Below, one piece after another: positions 52,701 through 64,000 of a stretch of 64,000 nucleotides of DNA (positions are counted from its first letter, which is position 1; each line of letters opens with the position of its first letter). Origin of the DNA: Eledone cirrhosa (Eukaryota); the NCBI GenBank assembly GCA_964016885.1, contig OZ024741.1:11284001-11348000 (forward strand). Reading direction: 5' to 3'. The notes beneath the pieces were generated by a model. The model was not told where the DNA came from. It did no database searches and saw nothing but the letters and a program-made list of their open reading frames with translations. The position numbers and the translations under genes are program-made.

Positions 52701-53358
52701 AACGGGATGGAAGAAGTTCAGGGAACTACTGCCACTGCTAGCTGCAAAAGGCTTCTCCCTCAAAATGAAAGGCAGACTGTATGATGCGTGTTTCCGCACA
52801 GCAATGTTACATGGTAGTGAGACCTGGGTGCTGAAGGTGGAAGACTTACGTAGATTAGAAAGAAATGAAGCCTGCATGCTCCGATGGATGTGTAATAGTA
52901 ATATACGCGAACGATAAAGCATAAAGTCAATGGAAACCGCGGAGTGGGGAGACCCAAGAAGACCTGGGATGAGGTGATAAAAGCTGACCTTACTCAATTA
53001 CACCTCTCAAAGGCGATGACACACGACCGTGACCTCTGGTGTCACTCAGTAATACAGAGTACCCGACCTCCCATGGGTACAAGGTGAAGCATTAGACAAT
53101 ATGCCCCCACACCCTCCCACGGCAAAAAAGGACCCAGCCCACACTGTAAAGTGGACGTGTAGGCGCCACGAAAAAGCACCCAGCACTCACTGTAAATGAG
53201 ATTGGTGTTAGGAAGGGCATCCAGCTGTAGAAATCAAGCCAAAATCAGTTCGTGAATGAGCAATGCATGGTCAGCCGACCAGACACTGCCCACAACAGGA
53301 CAACCCGTCTAACCCATGCTAGCATGGAAGAACGGATGTAAAACGGTGATGATGATGA
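49754..53358 (+). mobile_element. RTE family A, long-5'-UTR copy, decayed (ORF 50198..52033 then broken)
   Basis: Colinear with the reverse complement of 2181-5783; deletions at ~52020 and ~52925; (GAT)n tail; splits the TATATATA of a 72-bp unit. Confidence 0.93.
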
Positions 53359-53926
53359 TACTATTGTATTTTCACAGTAAAGGGTTTACCTCACATAATA
53401 TCTCACATAACATTTACATTACTCTATATATACTATTGTATTTTTATGGTATTTTTATCTTACACTAGCAGAATGGCCTGGCGTTGCTCGGGATTCTAAA
53501 CATAGATTGGCATGTTTATCCCTCCTTTCAGAAACACTACAGAGAAGTACGGAATACCTCGGCCTGGGGATGATGTCTACATTTTGTGCTTATAAAAGAA
53601 GTTTGTTGTAGATTACCAGGGGTGTAACTTAATTGGGTGCCTGAGAGTAAAATGTTCAACCCACGAAAGCCAAGACGATAGGGTTAAGTAAAAAGGCATT
53701 TGACAAACCGAACATGTATTTGTTGTGCTATGGTACAATGAAAGAAATAGTTACAGAGCAGTAAGCATGTGGGACTGCAGTGGTGGAGAGCATGAAGGAA
53801 TTTAGTTGGATACTTTTAATGTTACAGGCCCTAACGCAACCAAAATGCTAAACAATGCGGTCCCTGGGCAAAAATTTGAATTCTTTTTCAGTCAAAAAAA
53901 TTTGTGAAACAAGTAATGCATATGCA

Positions 53927-56900
53927 AGGTACAGACAGGGTGTAGACAGGGTACAGACAGGGTGTAGGCAGGGTACAGACAGGGTACAGACAGGGTACAG
54001 ACAGGGTGTAGACAGGGTACAGACAGGGTACAGACAGGGTACAGACAGGGTGTAGACAGGGTACAGACAGGGTGTAGACAGGGTACAGACAGGGTACAGA
54101 CAGGGTACAGACAGGGTGTAGACAGGGTACAGACAGGGTGTAGACAGGGTGTAGACAAGGTACAGACAGGGTGTAGACAGGGTACAGACAGGGTGTAGGC
54201 AGGGTACAGACAGGGTACAGACAGGGTACAGACAGGGTGTAGACAGGGTACAGACAGGGTGTAGACAGGGTACAGACAGGGTACAGACAGGGTACAGACA
54301 GGGTGTAGACAGGGTGTAGACAGGGTACAGACAGGGTGTAGGCAGGGTACAGACAGGGTGTAGACAGGGTACAGACAGGGTGTAGGCAGGGTACAGACAG
54401 GGTACAGACAGGGTACAGACAGGGTGTAGACAGGGTACAGACAGGGTGTAGACAGGGTGTAGACAAGGTACAGACAGGGTGTAGGCAGGGTACAAACAGG
54501 GTACAGACAGGGTGTAGGCAGGGTACAGACAGGGTGTAGACAGGGTACAGACAGGGTGTAGGCAGGGTACAGACAGGGTGTAGACAGGGTACAGACAGGG
54601 TGTAGGCAGGGTGTAGACAGGGTACAGACAGGGTACAGACAAGGTGTAGACAGGGTACAGACAGGGTGTAGACAGGGTACAGACAGGGTACAGACAAGGT
54701 GTAGACAGGGTGTAGACAGGGTGTAGACAGGGTACAGACAGGGTACAGACAAGGTGTAGACAGGGTGTAGACAGGGTACAGACAGGGTACAGACAAGGTG
54801 TAGACAGGGTGTAGACAGGGTACAGACAGGGTACAGACAAGGTGTAGACAGGGTGTAGACAGGGTACAGACAGGGTACAGACAAGGTGTAGACAGGGTAC
54901 AGACAGGGTGTAGACAGGGTACAGACAGGGTGTAGACAGGGTGTAGACAGGGTGTAGGCAGGGTGTAGACAGGGTACAGACAGGGTACAGACAAGGTGTA
55001 GACAGGGTACAGACAGGGTGTAGACAGGGTACAGACAGGGTGTAGACAGGGTGTAGACAGGGTACAGACAGGGTACAGACAAGGTGTAGACAGGGTACAG
55101 ACAGGGTGTAGACAGGGTACAGACAGGGTGTAGACAGGGTACAGACAGGGTGTAGACAGGGTACAGACAGGGTGTAGACAGGGTACAGACAGGGTGTAGA
55201 CAGGGTGTAGACAGGGTGTAGGCAGAGTACAGACAGGGTGTAGACAGGGTACAGACAGGGTGTAGACAGGGTGTAGACAGGGTGTAGGCAGGGTGTAGAC
55301 AGGGTGTAGGCAGAGTACAGACAGGGTGTAGACAGGGTACAGACAGGGTACAGACAAGGTGTAGACAGGGTGTAGACAGGGTGTAGACAGGGTACAGACA
55401 GGGTACAGACAAGGTGTAGACAGGGTGTAGACAGGGTACAGACAGGGTACAGACAAGGTGTAGACAGGGTGTAGACAGGGTACAGACAGGGTACAGACAA
55501 GGTGTAGACAGGGTACAGACAGGGTGTAGACAGGGTACAGACAGGGTGTAGACAGGGTGTAGACAGGGTGTAGGCAGGGTGTAGACAGGGTACAGACAGG
55601 GTACAGACAAGGTGTAGACAGGGTACAGACAGGGTGTAGACAGGGTACAGACAGGGTGTAGACAGGGTGTAGACAGGGTACAGACAGGGTACAGACAAGG
55701 TGTAGACAGGGTGTAGACAGGGTACAGACAGGGTACAGACAAGGTGTAGGCAGGGTACAGACAGGGTGTAGACAGGGTACAGACAGGGTGTAGACAGGGT
55801 GTAGACAGGGTACAGACAGGGTACAGACAAGGTGTAGACAGGGTGTAGACAGGGTACAGACAGGGTGTAGACAGGGTGTAGACAGGGTACAGACAGGGTA
55901 CAGACAAGGTGTAGACAGGGTACAGACAGGGTGTAGACAGGGTACAGACAGGGTGTAGACAGGGTGTAGACAGGGTACAGACAGGGTGTAGACAGGGTAC
56001 AGACAGGGTACAGACAAGGTGTAGACAGGGTGTAGACAGGGTACAGACAGGGTACAGACAAGGTGTAGACAGGGTGTAGACAGGGTACAGACAGGGTGTA
56101 GACAGGGTGTAGACAGGGTACAGACAGGGTACAGACAAGGTGTAGACAGGGTACAGACAGGGTGTAGACAGGGTACAGACAGGGTGTAGACAGGGTGTAG
56201 ACAGGGTACAGACAGGGTACAGACAAGGTGTAGACAGGGTGTAGACAGGGTACAGACAGGGTACAGACAAGGTGTAGACAGGGTGTAGACAGGGTACAGA
56301 CAGGGTACAGACAAGGTGTAGACAGGGTACAGACAGGGTGTAGACAGGGTACAGACAGGGTGTAGACAGGGTGTAGACAGGGTGTAGGCAGGGTGTAGAC
56401 AGGGTACAGACAGGGTACAGACAAGGTGTAGACAGGGTACAGACAGGGTGTAGACAGGGTACAGACAGGGTGTAGACAGGGTGTAGACAGGGTACAGACA
56501 GGGTACAGACAAGGTGTAGACAGGGTGTAGACAGGGTACAGACAGGGTACAGACAAGGTGTAGGCAGGGTACAGACAGGGTGTAGACAGGGTACAGACAG
56601 GGTGTAGACAGGGTGTAGACAGGGTACAGACAGGGTACAGACAAGGTGTAGACAGGGTGTAGACAGGGTACAGACAGGGTACAGACAAGGTGTAGACAGG
56701 GTACAGACAGGGTGTAGACAGGGTACAGACAGGGTGTAGACAAGGTACAGACAGGGTGTAGACAGGGTGTAGGCAGGGTGTAGACAGGGTACAGACAGGG
56801 TACAGACAAGGTGTAGACAGGGTACAGACAGGGTGTAGACAGGGTACAGACAGGGTGTAGACAGGGTGTAGACAGGGTACAGACAGGGTACAGACAAGGT

Positions 56901-59900
56901 GTAGACAGGGTGTAGACAGGGTACAGACAGGGTACAGACAAGGTGTAGACAGGGTACAGACAGGGTGTAGACAGGGTACAGACAGGGTGTAGACAGGGTA
57001 CAGACAGGGTGTAGACAGGGTACAGACAAGGTGTAGACAGGGTACAGACAAGGTGTAGGCAGGGTACAGACAGGGTGTAGACAGGGTGTAGGCAGGGTGT
57101 AGACAGGGTACAGACAGGGTACAGACAAGGTGTAGACAGGGTACAGACAGGGTGTAGACAGGGTACAGACAGGGTGTAGACAGGGTGTAGACAGGGTACA
57201 GACAGGGTACAGACAAGGTGTAGACAGGGTGTAGACAGGGTACAGACAGGGTACAGACAAGGTGTAGACAGGGTACAGACAGGGTGTAGACAGGGTACAG
57301 ACAGGGTGTAGACAGGGTACAGACAGGGTGTAGACAGGGTACAGACAAGGTGTAGACAGGGTACAGACAAGGTGTAGGCAGGGTACAGACAGGGTGTAGG
57401 CAGGGTACAGACAGGGTGTAGGCAGAGTACAGACAGGGTGTAGACAGGGTACAGACAGGGTGTAGACAGGGTACAGACAGGGTGTAGACAGGGTGTAGAC
57501 AGGGTACAGACAGGGTACAGACAAGGTGTAGACAGGGTACAGACAGGGTGTAGACAGGGTACAGACAGGGTGTAGACAGGGTGTAGACAGGGTACAGACA
57601 GGGTACAGACAAGGTGTAGACAGGGTACAGACAGGGTGTAGACAGGGTACAGACAGGGTGTAGACAGGGTACAGACAGGGTGTAGACAGGGTACAGACAA
57701 GGTGTAGGCAGGGTACAGACAGGGTGTAGGCAGGGTACAGACAGGGTGTAGGCAGGGTGTAGGCAGGGTACAGACAGGGTGTAGGCAGGGTACAGACAGG
57801 GTGTAGACAGGGTACAGACAGGGTGTAGGCAGGGTACAGACAGGGTGTAGACAGGGTACAGACAGGGTGTAGACAGGGTACAGACAGGGTGTAGACAGGG
57901 TACAGACAGGGTGTAGACAGGGTACAGACAAGGTGTAGGCAGGGTACAGACAGGGTGTAGACAGGGTACAGACAGGGTACAGATGGGGTACAGACAAGGT
58001 GTAGACAGGGTGTAGGCAGGGTACAGACAGGGTGTAGACAGGGTACAGACAGGGTGTAGACAGGGTACAGACAGGGTACAGATGGGGTACAGACAAGGTG
58101 TAGACAGGGTGTAGGCAGGGTACAGACAGGGTGTAGACAGGGTACAGACAGGGTGTAGACAGGGTACAGACAAGGTGTAGGCAGGGTACAGACAGGGTGT
58201 AGACAGGGTACAGACAGGGTACAGACAGGGTGTAGACAGGGTACAGACAGGGTGTAGACAGGGTACAGACAGGGTGTAGACAGGGTACAGACAGGGTGTA
58301 GACAGGGTACAGACAAGGTGTAGGCAGGGTACAGACAGGGTGTAGACAGGGTGTAGACAGGGTACAGACAGGGTACAGACAGGGTGTAGACAGGGTGTAG
58401 ACAGGGTACAGACAGGGTACAGATGGGGTACAGACAAGGTGTAGACAGGGTGTAGGCAGGGTACAGACAGGGTGTAGACAGGGTACAGACAGGGTGTAGA
58501 CAGGGTACAGACAGGGTACAGATGGGGTACAGACAAGGTGTAGACAGGGTGTAGGCAGGGTACAGACAGGGTGTAGACAGGGTACAGACAGGGTGTAGGC
58601 AGGGTACAGACAAGGTGTAGGCAGGGTACAGACAGGGTGTAGACAGGGTACAGACAGGGTACAGATGGGGTACAGACAAGGTGTAGACAGGGTGTAGGCA
58701 GGGTACAGACAGGGTGTAGACAGGGTACAGACAGGGTGTAGGCAGGGTACAGACAGGGTGTAGACAGGGTACAGACAGGGTGTAGACAGGGTGTAGACAG
58801 GGTACAGACAGGGTACAGACAAGGTGTAGACAGGGTGTAGACAGGGTACAGACAGGGTACAGACAAGGTGTAGACAGGGTACAGACAGGGTGTAGACAGG
58901 GTACAGACAGGGTGTAGACAGGGTGTAGACAGGGTACAGACAGGGTACAGACAAGGTGTAGACAGGGTGTAGACAGGGTACAGACAGGGTACAGACAAGG
59001 TGTAGACAGGGTACAGACAGGGTGTAGACAGGGTACAGACAGGGTGTAGACAGGGTACAGACAGGGTGTAGACAGGGTACAGACAAGGTGTAGGCAGGGT
59101 ACAGACAGGGTGTAGACAGGGTGTAGACAGGGTACAGACAGGGTACAGACAGGGTGTAGACAGGGTGTAGACAGGGTACAGACAGGGTACAGACAAGGTG
59201 TAGACAGGGTACAGACAGGGTGTAGACAGGGTACAGACAGGGTGTAGACAGGGTACAGACAGGGTGTAGACAGGGTACAGACAAGGTGTAGGCAGGGTAC
59301 AGACAGGGTGTAGACAGGGTACAGACAGGGTGTAGGCAGGGTACAGACAGGGTGTAGACAGGGTGTAGACAGGGTACAGACAGGGTACAGACAAGGTGTA
59401 GACAGGGTACAGACAGGGTGTAGACAGGGTACAGACAGGGTGTAGGCAGGGTACAGACAAGGTGTAGACAGGGTACAGACAGGGTGTAGACAGGGTACAG
59501 ACAGGGTGTAGACAGGGTACAGACAGGGTGTAGACAGGGTACAGACAGGGTGTAGACAGGGTACAGACAGGGTGTAGACAGGGTACAGACAGGGTGTAGA
59601 CAGGGTACAGACAGGGTGTAGACAGGGTACAGACAGGGTGTAGACAGGGTACAGACAAGGTGTAGACAGGGTACAGACAAGGTGTAGGCAGGGTACAGAC
59701 AGGGTGTAGACAGGGTACAGACAGGGTGTAGACAGGGTACAGACAGGGTGTAGGCAGGGTACAGACAGGGTGTAGACAGGGTACAGACAGGGTGTAGGCA
59801 GGGTACAGACAGGGTGTAGACAGGGTACAGACAGGGTGTAGGCAGGGTACAGACAAGGTGTAGACAGGGTACAGACAGGGTGTAGACAGGGTACAGACAG

Positions 59901-62900
59901 GGTACAGATGGGGTACAGACAAGGTGTAGACAGGGTGTAGGCAGGGTACAGACAGGGTGTAGACAGGGTACAGACAGGGTGTAGGCAGGGTACAGACAGG
60001 GTACAGATGGGGTACAGACAAGGTGTAGACAGGGTGTAGGCAGGGTACAGACAGGGTGTAGACAGGGTACAGACAAGGTGTAGACAGGGTACAGACAGGG
60101 TGTAGACAGGGTACAGACAGGGTACAGATGGGGTACAGACAAGGTGTAGACAGGGTGTAGGCAGGGTACAGACAGGGTGTAGACAGGGTACAGACAAGGT
60201 GTAGGCAGGGTACAGACAGGGTGTAGGCAGGGTACAGACAGGGTACAGACAGGGTACAGACAGGGTGTAGGCAGGGTACAGACAAGGTGTAGGCAGGGTA
60301 CAGACAGGGTGTAGGCAGGGTACAGACAGGGTGTAGACAGGGTACAGACAGGGTGTAGACAGGGTACAGACAGGGTGTAGGCAGGGTACAGACAGGGTGT
60401 AGACAGGGTACAGACAGGGTGTAGACAGGGTACAGACAGGGTACAGATGGGGTACAGACAAGGTGTAGACAGGGTGTAGGCAGGGTACAGACAGGGTGTA
60501 GACAGGGTACAGACAGGGTGTAGGCAGGGTACAGACAGGGTGTAGACAGGGTACAGACAGGGTGTAGGCAGGGTACAGACAGGGTGTAGACAGGGTACAG
60601 ACAGGGTGTAGGCAGGGTACAGACAGGGTACAGACAGGGTACAGACAGGGTGTAGGCAGGGTACAGACAAGGTGTAGGCAGGGTACAGACAGGGTGTAGG
60701 CAGGGTACAGACAGGGTACAGACAGGGTACAGACAGGGTGTAGGCAGGGTACAGACAAGGTGTAGGCAGGGTACAGACAGGGTGTAGGCAGGGTACAGAC
60801 AGGGTGTAGACAGGGTACAGACAGGGTACAGACAGGGTACAGACAGGGTGTAGGCAGGGTACAGACAGGGTGTAGGCAGGGTACAGACAGGGTGTAGGCA
60901 GGGTACAGACAGGGTACAGACAGGGTACAGACAGGGTGTAGGCAGGGTACAGACAAGGTGTAGGCAGGGTACAGACAGGGTGTAGGCAGGGTACAGACAG
61001 GGTGTAGACAGGGTACAGACAGGGTGTAGGCAGGGTACAGACAGGGTGTAGACAGGGTACAGACAGGGTGTAGACAGGGTACAGACAGGGTACAGATGGG
61101 GTACAGACAAGGTGTAGACAGGGTACAGACAGGGTGTAGACAGGGTACAGACAGGGTGTAGACAGGGTACAGACAGGGTGTAGACAGGGTACAGACAGGG
61201 TGTAGACAGGGTACAGACAGGGTGTAGACAGGGTACAGACAGGGTGTAGACAGGGTACAGACAGGGTGTAGACAGGGTACAGACAGGGTACAGACAGGGT
61301 ACAGACAGGGTGTAGACAGGGTACAGACAGGGTGTAGACAGGGTACAGACAGGGTGTAGACAGGGTAGAGACAGGGTGTAGACAGGGTACGGACAGGGTG
61401 TAGATAGGGTGTAGACAGGGTACAGACAGGGTACAGACAGGGTGTAGACAGGGTGTAGACAGGGTGTAGACAGGGTACAGACAGGGTGTAGACAGGATGT
61501 AGAGACAGGGTGTAGACAGGATGTAGAGACAGAGTACTGACAGGGTGTAGACAGGGTGTAGACAGGGTACAGACAGGGTGTAGACAGGGTGTATACAGGG
61601 TACTGACAGGGTGTAGACAGGGTACAGATAGGGTGTAGACAGGGTACAGACAGGGTGTAGACAGGGTACTGACAGGTTGTAGACAGGGTGTAGACAGGGT
61701 GTAGACAGGGTACAGACAGGGTGTAGACAGGGTACAGACAGGGTGTAGGCAGGGTACAGACAGGGTGTAGACAGGGTACAGACAGGGTACAGACAGGGTG
61801 TAGGCAGGGTACAGACAGGGTACAGACAGGGTGTAGACAGGGTACAGACAGGGTACAGACAGGGTACAGACAGGGTGTAGACAGGGTACAGACAGGGTGT
61901 AGGCAGGGTACAGACAGGGTACAGACAGGGTACAGACAGGGTGTAGACAGGGTACAGACAGGGTGTAGACAGGGTGTAGACAAGGTACAGACAGGGTGTA
62001 GACAGGGTACAAACAGGGTACAGATAGGGTGTAGACAGGGTACAGACAGGGTGTAGGCAGGGTGTAGACAGGGTACAGACAAGGTGTAGGCAGGGTACAG
62101 ACAGGGTCTAGACAGGGTGTTGACAGGGTACAGACAGGGTGTAGACAGGATGTAGAGACAGGGTACTGACAGGGTGTAGACAGGGTGTAGACAGGGTGTA
62201 GACAGGGTGTAGACAGGGTATAGACAGGGTGTAGACAGGGTACTGACAGGGTGTAGACAGGGTACAGATAGGGTGTAGACAGGGTACAGACAGGGTGTAG
62301 ACAGGGTGTAGAGACAGGGTACAGACAGGGTGTAGACAGGGTACAGACAGGGTGTAGACAGGGTGTACACAGGGTGTACACAGGGTGTAGACAGGGTACA
62401 GACAAGGTGTAGACAGGGTGTAGACAGGGTACAGACAGGGTGTAGACAGGGTACAGACAGGGTGTAGACAGGGTGTACACAGGGTGTAGACAGGGTGTAG
62501 ACAGGGTGTAGACAGGGTACTGACAGGGTGTAGAGAGGGTGTAGACAGGGTACAGACAGGGTGTAGACAGGGTAGAGACAGGTTACAGACAGGGTACAGA
62601 CAGGGTACAGACAGGGTGTAGACAGGGATAGACAGGGTAGAGACAGGGTGTAGACAGGGTACAGACAGGGTGTAGACAGGGTACAGACAGGGTCTAGACA
62701 GGGTACAGACAGGGTGTAGGCAGGGTACAGACAGGGTACAGACAGGGTACAGACAGGGTGTAGACAGGGTACAGACAGGGTGTAGACAGGGTGTAGACAA
62801 GGTACAGACAGGGTGTAGACAGGGTACAAACAGGGTACAGATAGGGTGTAGACAGGGTACAGACAGGGTGTAGGCAGGGTACAGACAGGGTGTAGACAGG

Positions 62901-64000
62901 GTGCAGACAGGGTGTAGGCAGGGTGTAGACAGGGTACAGACAAGGTGTAGGCAGGGTACAGACAGGGTGTAGACAGGGTGTAGACAGGGTACAGACAGGG
63001 TGTAGACAGGGTACAGACAGGGTGTAGACAGGGTGTAGACAGGGTACAGACAGGGTACAGACAAGGTGTAGACAGGGTACAGACAGGATGTAGACAGGGT
63101 ACAGACAGGGTGTAGGCAGGGTACAGACAGGGTGTAGACAGGGTACAGACAGGGTGTAGACAGGGTACAGACAAGGTGTAGGCAGGGTACAGACAGGGTG
63201 TAGACAGGGTACAGACAGGGTGTAGGCAGGGTACAGACAGGGTGTAGACAGGGTACAGACGAGGTGTAGACAGGGTACAGACAGGGTGTAGACAGGGTAC
63301 AGACAAGGTGTAGACAGGGTACAGACAGGGTGTAGACAGGGTACAGACAGGGTGTAGGCAGGGTACAGACAGGGTGTAGGCAGGGTGTAGACAGGGTACA
63401 GATGGGGTACAGACAAGGTGTAGACAGGGTGTAGGCAGGGTACAGACAGGGTGTAGACAGGGTGTAGACAGGGTACGGACAGGGTGTAGATAGGGTGTAG
63501 ACAGGGTACAGACAGGGTACAGACAGGGTGTAGACAGGGTGTAGACAGGGTGTAGACAGGGTGTAGACAGTGTGTAGACAGGGTGTAGACAGGGTACAGA
63601 CAGGGTGTAGACAGGATGTAGAGACAGGGTGTAGACAGGATGTAGAGACAGGGTACTGACAGGGTGTAGACAGGGTGTAGACAGGGTGTAGACAGGGTAC
63701 AGACAGGGTGTAGACAGGGTGTAGACAGGGTATAGACAGGGTGTAGACAGGGTACTGACAGGGTGTAGACAGGGTACAGATAGGGTGTAGACAGGGTACA
63801 GACAGGGTGTAGACAGGGTGTAGAGACAGGGTACAGACAGGGTGTAGACAGGGTACAGACAGGGTGTAGACAGGGTACAGACAGGGTGTAGACAGGGTGT
63901 ACACAGGGTGTAGACAGGGTGTAGACAGGGTACAGACAAGGTGTAGACAGGGTGTAGACAGGGTACAGACAGGGTGTAGACAGGGTGTAGACAGGGTAGA
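53927..64000. repeat. 11-bp satellite, >900 units, two main variants GGGTACAGACA and GGGTGTAGACA
   Basis: Direct reading; runs off the window end. Confidence 0.97.

Noticed and set aside
53848-63939. Giant ORFs of 2260-3363 aa (PCLHPVYTLS...)
   Set aside because: The same peptide pattern appears in all three minus frames; it follows from an 11-bp unit without stop codons

Overview
Eukaryotic, animal, almost entirely repeat-derived DNA. The element repertoire suggests a mollusc/cephalopod such as an octopus, but that is inference. I can support no host protein-coding gene. (1) 1-14.8 kb is a strand-polarised (TA)nG microsatellite into which at least 10 retroelements have inserted: two RTE-clade LINE families (one copy has an intact 1039-aa APE-RT ORF with an inserted PHD-like finger), a ~600-bp bipartite non-autonomous RTE, and a Penelope-like fragment with a hammerhead ribozyme. 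(2) 14.8-33.9 kb holds minisatellites (two clearly cut from LINE 3' ends), SINEs, a TTAA MITE and a near-full-length decayed CR1-group LINE with a PHD-containing ORF1. (3) 34-64 kb holds a 30-bp satellite with higher-order duplications, a MITE-derived 72-bp satellite interrupted by a Tx1/L1-clade LINE and an RTE, and a >10-kb 11-bp two-variant satellite. The most interesting signal is the apparent coupling between TA-targeting RTEs and growth of their own (TA)nG landing pad: TSDs, orientation bias, reiterated 5' junctions and a fold-back. Counts, identities and boundaries were read by eye and are approximate; family labels A/B/C are my own.
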